Below the pieces are notes generated by a model. The model was not told where the DNA came from. It made no database searches and saw nothing but the letters and a program-made list of their open reading frames with translations. A stretch of 63,504 bases of DNA, the filler included, from Octopus bimaculoides (lineage: Eukaryota), in assembly GCF_001194135.2 (NCBI RefSeq). It is 7 parts of 5 records of this genome, joined end to end, with 100 filler letters (N's around TTAATTAATTAA, not from the genome) between each part and the next. Parts side by side here need not be neighbours in the genome. Positions count along the whole stretch, not along the records: positions 25,747 to 54,954 come from NC_068984.1; 6 more parts are not named here. The stretch is one strand, 5' to 3'. The position numbers were made by a program, and so were the translations under genes. Numbering within the stretch: position 1 is the first letter of the stretch; each line of letters opens with the position of its first letter. Positions 25,747-38,146 of this stretch are shown piece by piece.

Positions 25747-26441
25747 ATATATGGATCGTAAGGGAACTATATTTATACTTGTACTCAAGACTCTGAACAA
25801 TCATTTGAATCGATCTAGAATGACAAGAAAGTCTTAAAAATTTTGATTTTGATATATGATAAAAGGGATATTGCTTTCATTTTCTTGTCCAAAAGCCACA
25901 GCTACCCTTCCTCTCTCTCTTTCTCTTTCTCTCTCTCCCTTTCCCCTCTCTCCCTCTCTCCCTCTCTCTGCCCCTCTCTTTTCCCCTCTCTATCCTTTGC
26001 TCCTTTTTTCCCAACTCATTCACTGCTGTTATCTCCTCTCATCCCGTGTCTATCTTTAAGGCTTAGATTTGCGTTTTGCCACTATCAGTTAAGTTACGCT
26101 GACAATATTGCTCTAGTAATTATAACTTTGAATAGATAACTGACAGATTTTTCATTGAGCGAATAAAATATTTTCATATTTCACTATTATTTCTTATAAA
26201 TGTTTCCCTATTTACATTTTCCATATTTTCTTGTAAATGTTTTCGTTATTTTCGTTCCCTTTCATATCTCAATACTATAAGTACACTCTTTCTTCAACAA
26301 TGAGGAAAGAACCCATTGGACAATGTGGTCTCAAGTAAAAAAAAGTTGCGCGCGCGCGCATGCACACACATACACACACAAACACACACACACATTACGC
26401 TGAACGACCAGGGGTGCGATTTTTCCTCCTAGTATTAATAA

Positions 26442-26652
26442 TTCTTCGCAATATGGGCACAAAGCCTGAAATTTGAGAGAAAGGGGTTAGTCTATGACAT
26501 CGACCCCAATATTCAACTGGTACTTAATTTATCAACCTCTGAAATGGATGAAAGGCAAAGTCAACCTCGGTGGTATTTGAACTCAGAACGTAAAGCAGGA
26601 GAAAATGCCGCTAAGCATTTTGTCCGACGCAGTAACAATTCTGCCAGTTCAC
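26442..26652 (-). mobile_element. SINE family A
   Basis: Reverse-complement match to the family body. Confidence 0.85.
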
Positions 26653-26807
26653 TAATGCAGTAATATCCGAAGTTGTTACTGGATATTTATTTTTATTCTT
26701 AATTTCCTACGTCCGTAGAATATTTAATTTACTACATTAATATGAAAGTGCCTTCTTGTGTAAAATTATATATTCAGTTGCATAACGAAGTAAATTTATT
26801 CTTTCAG

Positions 26808-26975
26808 CTTCTTATGAAAGATAACAAAACCGAAGGTGTCCAATATATTCGAGATGGAATTAAATACACGGTGAGAGCGAAAAAAGAAGTAATATTATCA
26901 GCAGGAAGCATACAATCACCAAAAATTCTAATGCTTTCAGGAATTGGACCAAAGGATCACTTAGAAAAAATGAGG
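26808..26975 (+). CDS. GMC oxidoreductase (glucose dehydrogenase/choline dehydrogenase-like), first visible exon, phase 0-0
   Basis: ctttcag|LLMKDNKTEGVQYIRDGIKYTVRAKKEVILSAGSIQSPKILMLSGIGPKDHL EKMR|gtaaaa; matches the GMC EVILSAG..SP.LLMLSGIGP signature. Confidence 0.95.
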
Positions 26976-28410
26976 GTAAAATAATTGCATTTCCTTTAAA
27001 AATACCCCAAACTGAGTGCCAACATATTTAATGGTAATTAATTAAATTTATAAAGCCCAACAATTTATTCTCGTCGAGAAGGGCAAAGGAGATTATTTAA
27101 ATTAATAAAAAATAGAATCAGAGGGGAGTGTAAGCTATAGCAGTACCATGAAAAGTCTGAACGTGCTTCGATCTTATTAAGCCTCCTCAGCGAAGCATAG
27201 TCTTGCCAGTACTGCCAGGTACTGTGTTGCTTGAAAACTAAAAAGATAAGGAAACATTGCATCAAGTCTTCTGAGTGCTCTGCCTCAGTCATACCTATAA
27301 AGTATGATAACTATAAGACTAAAATTATGAGTGTAACTTATCATAAGCATATGTTACTTAAACTGTACATCTATCGTGGATGTAGTATCACTATTCTTCA
27401 GCTGTTAATTTCCTTCAAAGTTCTGATTTGAAATTTAACTGACAAGAGCAATGATTCAGCGTATGCCTACACGTTTATGTATGACAAAATAACTACCACT
27501 TACAGACGATAAGCGATACTGCAGCCAAAGAAGTTAAAAGTTAACAGTACAAGGTGATAAAACCTTCAAATCTTTGTATATACATATGTACTCTAAGGGA
27601 ATCACATTCCCTTCATATCCTCGTTTTTGTCGACATGCTTGGTAAAATTGTGAGATTTTTTTTCAAATATTAACAAAATTCTAAAGAATAGTGTAAAAAA
27701 TGTTTAAACTTTAGATTTAGTATTATCAAAAATGCTTGGGATGTGTATCAAAAATGTGATATTTTTCATATGTATATATATATNNNNNNNNNNNNNNNNN
27801 NNNNNNNNNNNNNNNNNNNNNNNNNNNNNNNNNNNNNNNNNNNNNNNNNNNNNNNNNNNNNNNNNNNNNNNNNNNNNNNNNNNNNNNNNNNNNNNNNNNN
27901 NNNNCGATGAACGTAAACAAACAAACGAAGTTTGCTTTTAGAAGCGTTGAGATGTCTTAGAAAGTTAAAGAAGTGATTTTAAATTCTCAAACGCAGGATA
28001 ATGCTAATAATATAGCCTAAACAGGATAAGCTACCCCTATTTTGCAGAAAAAAGTGTAGGCGGCTAGCTATGAGACCTATGATTACGCGTCGCGGTGTTC
28101 TAGACCGATTAAGCTAAACTGCCCCACCACAAAGTCTTGTGTCAAGATGTAATGGCTCTTGCACTTCTTGGACAACATCGGTAGAGTGGAAAAGGAAGGT
28201 TTTCTGTTTGGAGAATAACTAGGTTTTTATGAACAAAATAGACCATTTCCCGAGCCTGCACATTGGAGAGGAACTTTTTTTTTGTTTTTTGTAAGGATAT
28301 TGTCAGCCATCACCACTAGAGGTCTTAGATATGAGATAAAAGTAATATTAACTTTAATTATTCTTATTTGTGATTAGTAAAGCAGATATTTTTTACATTT
28401 TATTTTACAG

Positions 28411-28561
28411 ATTCCAGTGATTCACGATCTACCTGTTGGAAAATATTTGAAAAATCATATTCTAGTCTGGTTGAGAGCTAACATAACAAAAGATTATAGC
28501 ATGACTAAATCGAAGGCGATGTCACTCAAAGAATTTATGCGATATCAGATTTTTAAAACAG
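28411..28561 (+). CDS. GMC oxidoreductase exon, phase 0-1
   Basis: ttttacag|IPVIHDLPVGKYLKNHILVWLRANITKDYSMTKSKAMSLKEFMRYQIFKTG|gtagaa; aligns with IPV..DLPVG.NLQDH. Confidence 0.92.
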
Positions 28562-29479
28562 GTAGAAGACAAATCGTTCAAGGAATTCGAAGCTTATGCG
28601 TATTTAATATTTGAAAGAACTACTGTTTGAAAGGAATGTATGGATAAATTAGTAAGCTAATTTCAGACATTATTTTGAACCGAAAGACTGCACGTTGTGG
28701 CTTGTTAGAGCAGTTTAAAACACTTTGTGTTGTTCATCACAGAGAATGTTTAGTTCGTGTGGTAAATGTGAAATGTAAAATAAAAGCAAGGTTACACTTG
28801 TATAAGCTGGACAAGATGTATGACAATAAAACAGTAAAAGAACATCAGTGCACTACAATATCAACTAAGTTGTGGAAAACTATGCCAAATAAATTCTTCA
28901 GTGAGCAATTTACCTAGACATCTGCTTTATTGAGAACATTGGTAAAAGTTATTGCTGTTCATAATTACATAAGTTTTGTCACAAGAATATGTTCTCAAAG
29001 CCACTAATCATCTACACAGGAATTTTCAGGAAATGTCTTCCTAATAGTCTAAGGAAAATGATTTTGCAACAGCCTCGAGTCGGCTTAAGCCTTTTTAAGT
29101 GGAAACTAAGTTTAACCCTGTTGCATGGATCGTACCCGTTTTTTTGTTTTGTTTTTTTTTGTTTTTTTTTAGTGATAAATTAAATCCGTTCTCCAGTTTA
29201 ATGTTACCATCTGGCTATTGAGTGTCTTTAGTGAAGCCCACTCAGCTACTGGTCTGAGGATAATTCAATAAATGTCATCCTTCCTACAGAGTTGTGATTT
29301 CTCTCTCATATCAGTCTGGAAGGTCCTGTAGAATGTCAAGAGCATTAACCTTCTTCTTTTGACCAACCCGAGACAATTAGTTAATAAATAATTACAAAAT
29401 TAGGCAACATCAAAAGCAACAAAAACATCATCCCAACAATATAAATGTACACACACTGAAATACAAGGAAATTATCTGC

Positions 29480-29785
29480 AATTATGTAGCAAGGAGTTTG
29501 CTTCCCAACCACATTGTTCCAGGTTCAGTTCCGCTGCGTGGCATCTTGAGCAAGCGTCTTCTACTATAGCCTCGGATCGGCGAAAGCCTAGTACGTGGAT
29601 TTGATAGACGGAAACTGAAACAAAAACGTTATATATATTTATATGTATATATCTATGAATGTGTGGGTTTGTGTGTTTGTACCTGTGTTTGTCTCCCACC
29701 ACCGCTTGACAACCGATGATGCTGTGTTTACGTCTCCGTAACTTATCGGTTTCTCAAAAGAGGCCGATAGAATAAGTACTAGGTT
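29480..29785 (+). mobile_element. SINE family B
   Basis: gtttgcttcccaaccac..aagcgtcttctactatagcctcgg..gatagaataagtac. Confidence 0.85.
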
Positions 29786-30923
29786 TGTACGAAAATGCTA
29801 GGCAAGATATGCAAAGTTCTCTTTTGTAAATTGGGAGACAAGGAAGCTGACGATAGTCATACAGATTCTATGGTGGTGGTGAAAGATTCTTTGTAGTGAT
29901 TGATGACTTTCTCTATGCACTGCAGGTTATCTTCTCGCAAACCTGCAAGAAAACCATCTCGGGGATTTGGGTGTTACAAGCTTTGGTTGTTGAGGGTTAG
30001 GAAGCGATAAACCTGGAATTTTGATTTCGGTTGTTAACAAATCATGTTTTGCTGGGGGTAGGGTATGGAGCTGGTATAAAATTTGCGGAGCTCGGACTAA
30101 TTAACTAACATAAAGTATCAATGCAGTAAGGCGGCGAATATGCTGTATGATAGGAGATTGGGAATGTGAAGGTATTTTACGGTGCATTGTTTTCATTAGA
30201 CATTTATCGGATGATCCCACCAGTGCAGAGACACCGGTAGGTTGCGTAAAGTTCTGATGTGAGGAACGGTTCGAGAGCATTTTGTATGACAATGCATCTG
30301 TTTGATAAACATTTGTTAGTCATTACCCGCGTTTTAATCCTGTAAACAGGAGAACCAATGACATCACCTCTGACTGCTCCTATTGATCCGTAATCGTTTA
30401 ATATGCTACAGATAACCGTCAAATCTCTTTCATGTCATATCATATAAACTTCAAAAAATGCAGAAAGTTCTAGATAATGTGATCCTGGTTATTCAGAAAG
30501 ACAGGATAGCCACAGCTGGAATTTTTTTATCATTGGCTTACTCGATCAGATCTCACTTGGAATTAAACAACAACAGCAAGATGCTAACAATGTTATTTGT
30601 ATTTCATTAGAGAAGGTATCTCCTTTATTTCTGTCCAGAGTATGTAAAAAAATATTTCCCACTTAAATTTTTGTTAGAATTAAAGAAATATTTTGGGAGA
30701 CTGTCATTACATCCTCAAGAAGAACTTATTGTCAAACAATTAGATTATGACGTTCATGTACCGCGCAAAAGTCGTGTTTAGAAAACCTTAAACCGATAAG
30801 ATATACGGTAGATATAATCTGACAGTTACAAAGTAACTTTATTGGAAATTTATTATTGTTGCTTTATTACAAACTTCAGTGTTTTCTATAACAATTTTAA
30901 ACAATTTGAAATTATTTTTCTAG

Positions 30924-31081
30924 GGTTTCTGGCGTCACCACTGGCCGTTGAAGGAGTAGGCTTTCTTCGTTCTGGTCTGCAACCAGACAAGATGCAACCA
31001 GATCTATCACTTGTTCTTCAATCATCTATAGTAATCGGAGAGCCAGAAGAACTCAATAATGGATTTAATGTTAACATTTCA
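30924..31081 (+). CDS. GMC oxidoreductase exon, phase 1-0
   Basis: tttttctag|GFLASPLAVEGVGFLRSGLQPDKMQPDLSLVLQSSIVIGEPEELNNGFNVNIS|gtaaga. Confidence 0.92.
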
Positions 31082-31677
31082 GTAAGAAATGCATTTATTT
31101 TATCTAGATAACTGATTGATTATATGATTTGATAATTTTATATTAAACTAATGTTACTTGTTGACTATATATTTAATTTATGACAATGGGACCTAAAAAC
31201 TGAATTGAAAAGCAAAGAAATAAAAGCAAAGATTTCATTAGTCTAAGGTGATTCAGCAAAAGCAATGTACGAATGTCCGAAATTTTAGGGTACGAAAGTT
31301 GAATTTAGTGTGTCCCATAAAAGAGAAAACTTTGAGAAATACGAAAGTCAAGCGGACGAATTTCGAGGACTGCCCATACATTACAAAATTACCTATTTAA
31401 AGACTAAACAAGTGTAAAATTTTCAGTTATTAATTTCGCATAGGATTATCAGCTAATTGGTAAGATAATGTTTAAGCTTAAGTTCTATTTTGATACTTCT
31501 TGTTCTTTCATAAAATACTTTTTACTAAATCGATAATAAACTTTGATCTACCTTAAAATAGAAAATATATTTTGAAAATAAATACAACAAAACTCTTGAA
31601 TGAATTAAACGGCTGCCGTAATTATAGATCTAGGCTGCCATTACTATAATATTAGTTTGTTTATTTTTCTGTCCTAG

Positions 31678-31870
31678 CTCATCAAACAAACCCAATTACT
31701 TTCTGGGCCGACAGCAGCAGACGACGCTGAAGGCTTCAAGATTTTTGTGGTGTTAGTTCAACCAAAATCCTTTGGTTCTATTGAGCTGAAGAGCACTGAC
31801 CCACAAGATCACCCCAAAATATATCCTCGATTTTTCAACGATGAAACAGATTTTAAAATCATTATGGAAG
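31678..31870 (+). CDS. GMC oxidoreductase exon, phase 0-1 (absent from the ORF track)
   Basis: ctgtcctag|LIKQTQLLSGPTAADDAEGFKIFVVLVQPKSFGSIELKSTDPQDHPKIYPRFFNDETDFKIIME G|gtgagt; P.S.G.I.L.S.DP...P.I.P motif. Confidence 0.95.
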
Positions 31871-32261
31871 GTGAGTAATCTAATTTTAAGACAATATAAC
31901 TTTAAAATCTTGTAGCGTATTTCATTCTTATCTTTCCATACTTACTTCCATCACGTTCACTACAAGTTTTCATACGAATATATAATAGCATATTCATTTC
32001 TCGCATACACATAGCATGATTCAACTACTACACGTGTTAGCCGCGATCTTATTGGATAAAAACAAAATTGAGCGCAAAAATAAACAAAGAACCCAAAATA
32101 CATTATGATTAGATGGAAAAACTATTTCCGGCATGTTCTTATATGTTCTCAACAAATGTTATTCTATAGCCTCTGAATTCTCCTGTGTGCGCGTGTGTGT
32201 GGGGGGTGCATGTATGTATGTATATATGTATGTAATGTATGTATGTATGTAGTTGTGTATG

Positions 32262-32295
<34 letters not shown>

Positions 32296-32654
32296 TGTAT
32301 GTATGTATGTATGTATGTATGCATGCATGCATGCATGTATGTATGTACGTACGTGTGTATGTATGTATGCGTGTGTAGTTTTATTTCAAGATTTCTTACA
32401 AATAGAGAAAGAGCCGGTTTCTAACCTAAATCTAAGGCTCTTTCATGGGAATTTCAACATCAACAACTGGGTGTTTTGGTTTGTATGTATGTATGTATGT
32501 ATGTATGTATGTATGTATGTATGTATATATGCATGCATGCATATGTGCATGTATGCATGTATGTNNNNNNNNNNNNNNNNNNNNNNNNNNNNNNNNNNNN
32601 NNNNNNNNNNNNNNNNNNNNNNNNNNNNNNNNNNNNNNNNNNNNNNNNNNNNNN

Positions 32655-33675
32655 ATATATATTTAAATGATAAACTTCTGGAAAGTTTTACAGATTTTTA
32701 CAGTTCCAGTGATGAACTGGATCTGTAGTCTTCGAATTACCTTTCTCCTTTCTGATTTTGAGAAGCCTAATTTCTTGATATTGGTATTTAGGCAGTGTGT
32801 TACATATCCCAGGGCCCCAATAATAACAGGTATAAACCTGAACTTGTAATCTGGATAGAGTAACTGCAGATTTCTCAATAGTTCAGCATGGCTATCTTTC
32901 GATTTGATGTGAGAAAACGTCAACTGAAAGCACATGGGTTTTGTTTACATCTTAATCGGCTAACCCTAACCCTAAACCTAACCCTAAACCTAACCCTAAA
33001 CCTAATCTTAACCCTAAACTTAGCCCTAAACCTAACCCTAAACCTAACCCTAAACCTAACCTTAACAGGCCGATTAGATGTAAACAAAACCCATGTCTGC
33101 ATCGGTTGTCATATTTTACGGCTTTTCCTGCATCCCTATCCCTTTTGTGCATCAGGTACTTGGCTGATGTTTCCTGTTCCTGGATTGCAAACACGTACCC
33201 TTCAAAGTGGGAGGTAGTAATCTGGCTATTGGTACATAATAAACTGCTTTGATGATCGATGTTACTATCATCACGGAGCTTTCTAGTAACATATCTAAGC
33301 ATAGTCTTCTGCTAATATACTGGCTCATCCTTTCACTTGATGGTACGTTGCAGTAGAGTCGTGCGACTTCTTTGGGCATGTAATCTAGGTTACCAGACAA
33401 AGAATGTTGCTCAAGGAACTGCCTTCCAAGTCTTATGATGTTATCAGCCTTATGCATGCAAACTTGGTCAAGGGATGCATTTCGACACTTGGTGGTTAAA
33501 AGATGTTGCCGAAAGGATGTGATGCGACATTCAAAGGCATTTTGGATCGATGTTAAGCTTCTTCCGCCTTGTTTTCGTTTTAGGTATAGGCGGTCTACAT
33601 CACTGTTTATGTGGAAATCATGTGTGTTTGTTAGTATTTTTCGGGTTTTTACATCAATGGCTTGGATCTAATCAA
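32655..33675 (-). mobile_element. R4/Dong-like (restriction-like endonuclease) non-LTR retrotransposon relic
   Basis: IDVKTRKILT..FHINSDVDRLYLKRKQGGRSL (RT thumb), FAIQEQE..DNRCR (start of CCHC), IPVIIGALG..KLG..LQ..TGTVKI (RLE C-terminus); internal deletion; interrupted by the element at 32932. Confidence 0.8.
32932..33096. mobile_element. MITE-like element: 28-bp inverted termini enclosing ~100 bp of (TAACCC/TAAACC)n
   Basis: acatgggttttgtttacatcttaatcggc ... gccgattagatgtaaacaaaacccatgt. Confidence 0.8.
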
Positions 33676-33824
33676 GCGTCCATGTATGTATGCATGTATG
33701 TATGTATGTATGTATGTATGTATGTATGTATGTATGTATGTAGTTGTGTGTATGTTTTGTTTTATGTGTGTATTCTCATACATACAGCTGCATATCTAAT
33801 GACGTTATAAATAATAATCATATG

Positions 33825-34757
33825 GGTCAATGTCCGGCGAATATGATGGGTGGGGCATCGTTTCCTATTCAAACTGCTCCAGCCTTTGGTTGTTTTTCTT
33901 CTGGTGCTGACTTAAGCCGCTCAAGCTGCTTGCAGTAGATCTCCTTTGTTATCGTTTGGTTTAACTTTAAAAGTTCAAAGCTGACTAAACCTTTCATATA
34001 CACCAAACAGATAACAACACCTTACGCGGGTGGAGACCTTCTTTAGCCTGGGGTGCCGGTGTTTCTCCTTTCCCTACCCACTGTCTTCGGCGCTTAACAT
34101 TTTTATAGAGAACCCATTTCTCGTCACCAGTCAATATTCGATCCAAAAAAGGTTCATTCGCGAGACGTGACAGCAAAGAAGAGCACACATTCACTCTCTG
34201 CGCGCGATTAGACTCGGAAAGTTTGTGAGGAACAATTTGCTCACGTTCTCGATGGCCCGCAGGTGTCGATGAATGGTTAAATGACCAAATCCAAGCTTCT
34301 CTGCAAGTTCCTCAACAGTTACGATGGGATTTTGTTCCACCAGGGTTTGCAAGACGTCCTAGTCGAGCTCTACAGATCTTCCAGGACAAGACTCGTCTTC
34401 TAGGCTGTAGTTTCCGGCTCGGAATTTCTGGAACCACCTTTGACACTGGCTTACACTTATTGTCCGATCCCCATATACTACATTAATATTCCTCGCACTT
34501 TCCGTTGCGTTGTTGCCTCTATTGAACTCATAAAGCAAAATATGCCAAATACGCTCCTTTGTCACTTCCATTATAGCTTTGAAACAATAACTGCTAAAAT
34601 CGAACTGCACTCTTCAAAACTTGCACTAAGAATAAGGACAAGGTAAAATTACTACCTTCTTTATAACAAATTAATGCACGTAGTTTATCGCGTCCCCTTC
34701 CGACTTGTAGTTCATGCAGTTAAAAAAAAACCGTATTATTTATGGGATGACCTAATA
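33825..34757 (-). mobile_element. Mariner transposon, 3'-truncated and frameshifted
   Basis: MEVTKERIWHILLYEFNRG..QRWFQKFRAG (HTH), FLDRILTGDEKWVLY, HPRKVLLSVW, NQTITKEIYCKQL; 5' TIR ttaggtcatcccataaataatacgg with TA at 34756-34757; no left TIR found. Confidence 0.9.
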
Positions 34758-35254
34758 TAAATCTTAGGGTCGAATTAGTCGACCAAAAGTTCTCCAAGGC
34801 GGCGCCCCACCATGGCCACAATCTAATGGCTGAAACAATAAAAGATAAAATATATAAAAAATGTGTGAGGAGTGAGAGAGAGGGAAAGAAAGAGAAATAG
34901 AGAGAGAATATGAGTGTGTATGAGTATGTCGCGCGCGACGGTTTGTGCTCATACTAGTGAATCTGAAGTAGACGTGTGAATAAAATGTATATATAATTAT
35001 GAAATTATAATTCTGCTACCACGTGCTTTTAGTGAAAGAATGCTGGAAAATAATATAATATTGCTCTAGTTGTAGAAAGTTCAACGCTGTTCTACGCTGT
35101 TCGTTGCAGAAAGTTCTACGCCATTCTGTTTACGCAATGAAATTTGTAAGAGTTGGTAGCTTCAAAGGCTATGGGATGTATGTTGTTGCACCTTTCACTA
35201 TGTATATTGCATATTTGTAATGTTGTACTGTTACATTGTTCTGTGAGTTTTCTA

Positions 35255-36783
35255 CACTGTGTCCCACATTACTAGGCAAATCAACCTTCTCTCAATAAAT
35301 AAATGTATATTCATTCAAAACCAGTTGTTTTCTCACTGACTGTTGATAACACCTATCTGCACACATTCTGCTACAATAAATCGGATCTGTGCAGACGAAA
35401 ACAAACGGTGGTCATTATTGTGTAGCAGCAACATTTCTGCTGTCCCATATTGTTAGACAGAAACGAGATCTTACCTCGAATGAGAAGTCTACCATTGTGT
35501 CAGAGCTTGGAAAAGGGAAAACAACCAAGAAATATCAAAAATACTAAGAAAGGATCACTGAACAGTGAAGAAATATGTGAGGTCTCCTATTTCTGTCCGG
35601 TCGAGGGCAGATAAAGGTAAGTCAAGCATAGTTTCGAAACGTACTTTGTCACGTGTGAAATGGGAAGTTGTGTGAAACCCATGTCTGACAAGTAGAGGAG
35701 TCTTCAAACGTTGTGGCAGGTGTCTCCTCTTGAAGCAGGTAGCCAGGAATGATAAACCTGTTACAAGGCCCCCTCTGAAGGCCGTTCATAAGCAGAAGAG
35801 ACTGAAATGGGCAGAAGAATACATTAAGATAGACTTTTCAACTTCTGTTCACTGACGAATACCGTACTACCCTTGACGGACCAGACGGCTGGAGTAAAGT
35901 TTGGGTATCAATCAGCAGGAACCGTCCTCATCATTTGAGACGCCAACAGGGGGGGAGGTGGGGTCATGTTTTGGGCTGGCATAGTTGGTGGTATAATGGT
36001 TGGGCCATGGAAAGTCCCAGATGACATTAAGATGACATCGAAAACATGTTACCTTCTTAGAGAACAATTTCCAACTGTGCTTCAAAAAGTAAAAGCTTTC
36101 ATTCAAGAGAAAGCTGTTCTTCATGCAATATAATGCCCCATCTCATGCAGCTAGGAATTCTAAGGAATATCTGCAGCAAATGGGCACTTTGATGGAGTGG
36201 CCACCTTATCATCCTGACTTAAACCCGATCGAGAACCTGTAGAGTGTCCTGAAGAGGCGCGTTTACCAAGATGGAGGGCAGTTTTCAAGTAAAGTTACGC
36301 TCTGGGATGCTATTGTAGATGCTGCTCAAAGCATGACACAAGAAGATATCATCACCTTGACAAATTCAATGGATCAGAGTGTAAGGAAGATTGTTGCATG
36401 TGGAGGATCATGCATTAAACATTAGGAGCTGTATGACATCATAATCCCATGATCATTTTCATTCGAACATATTATCATATTACCATTATTAATAACCTTT
36501 ATTAATAATTTTTTCTTAAATCTTTACTGTTAAATTAAATAAATGTTTGTTCTGACTCAATCATCATTTTTATTATACTTGCCTAATAATTTGTGACAGT
36601 GAAAATGTTGCCCAATCACAAAAATTGGTGCCTTTGTTGGCGTCTGCGCAGATCCGATTTATTTTAGAAGAATGTGCGCAGATAGGTGTTGCCAACAGTC
36701 AGTGTGAAAACAACTGGTTTTGAATGAATATATATTTATTTATTGAGAGAAGGTTTATTTGCTTAATAATGTGGGACGCAGTG
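35255..36783 (+). mobile_element. Full-length Tc1-like transposon, 143-bp TIRs, TA TSD, decayed transposase (~35450-36425)
   Basis: TIRs 35255-35397 and 36641-36783 (cactgtgtcccacatt.. / ..aatgtgggacgcagtg); LFTDE, GGGVMFWAGI, MQYNAPSH (DNAP decayed), WPPYHPDLNPIENL. Confidence 0.92.
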
Positions 36784-37314
36784 TATATCACCGTTGAATA
36801 GTTGGTAGTTGGAAAATGGTCGCGTCATATACTTTTATTGGTTCTACTGTTGCTGTCAGTAGTTAGGTATGCCCGTTAACATAGCATTACGCTAATCACT
36901 GACTGATAGTTCGAAATTGTCGATGTAGTGCTGCTACTAATGGTACACTTGTTGCTCTGCCGACCCCTGTTGATACCAACAATTAGGCGTACCAGTTAAT
37001 AGAGCATCATGCTAAGCACTGATTGATTGAGACAAATTAGCTCAATTAATTCAGATCGTAAAATTAAACCTGTGTGTTTCTTATACCTGTGCGAGTTCCC
37101 ATCACTGGCGCGCCCTGCATATTGGTTTCTCTTCATCGAGAGAGATTCATTACAATGATTAACATCATATGCATTAAAATTTTAGCAATTCGTTTCTTTA
37201 TAAATTCTTACATTGGTTCTTTCGAATCGCAAACATTGACCAACGGTAGGATACCTCGGTATATTAGTTGCTGACGAAGAGAAAAGATATTGTTATATAT
37301 TACCCCATTGTAGT

Positions 37315-37712
37315 CGCAGGCATGGCTGTGTAGTTGAGAAATACGCTTCGCATCCATGTAGTTTCGGTTTCAGGCTAATTGCGCAGCACTTTGGAACCTT
37401 GGGCAAGTGTCTTCTACTCTAGCCCCATACCAACCAATACTTTGTTAGTAAATTTGGTAAGTGGAACCTGTGTAAAGGCTCGTCTTGTGTGTGTGTGCAC
37501 GCGCGCGTCTTTGTGCTTGTCCCCCATATAAGTACTTGACATCTGGTGTTGGGTATTTTCCGTCCCCGTAACTTAGCGGTTCAGCCTAACAGACTAATAG
37601 AATAAGTACCAGACTTTAAAAAATAAGTACTGGCGTCTATTTGATCGACTAAGCCCTTCCAGGCGCTACCCCAGCGTGTCTGCTCTCCAATAACTGAGAA
37701 AAGTAAAAGAAT
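37315..37712 (+). mobile_element. SINE family B, diverged full-length
   Basis: gcaggcatggctgtgtagtt..ccttgggcaagtgtcttctac..gaataagtac..aaagtaaaagaat. Confidence 0.8.
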
Positions 37713-37923
37713 AATTTGAAAAGTGGAAAATGCAGTTGTATAATCAATAAACCGGATCCCGATAATTCATGGCTTTATTGTTCGTATCCTCTTAATTATA
37801 TTTTATTCTTTTTTTCTCTCAAGATGGTGCTTATGTCTAATAGCATTACTTTTTATCAGAAATTATGATAATTTATTTTTCTCGTTGGTTGAATAGATTC
37901 TTTGTTTCTGTTTTACATTTTAG

Positions 37924-38146
37924 GTATAAAAGTCGCCAGAAAAATGCTCCAGACTGACGCCATGAAAGAACTTGGAGTTGAAATTATTAACGAGCTCCAT
38001 CCCATTTGTTCCCAATACACTTTTGATACAGATGATTATTGGGGTTGTTTAGTTCGATATTATACTTTTGTCATGTACCACCCTACATCGACATGCAAGA
38101 TGGGGGCTCTTAATGATTCGTCCGCAGTTGTAGATCCACAATTAAG
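37924..38146 (+). CDS. GMC oxidoreductase exon with the catalytic His, phase 1-2
   Basis: acattttag|GIKVARKMLQTDAMKELGV..DTDDYWGCLVRYYTFVMYHPTSTCKMGALNDSSAVVDPQLR|gtaagt; His codon at 38079-38081. Confidence 0.96.

Noticed and set aside
32961-33062. True telomere or chromosome-fusion scar
   Set aside because: Only ~100 bp, degenerate, single orientation and bounded by element-like inverted termini.
37268-37300. CTGACGA core (also CTGATGA at 22629 minus and 55598, CTGAAGA at 19903 and 21706 minus)
   Set aside because: No correctly spaced helix II-GAAA-NUH-helix I follows.
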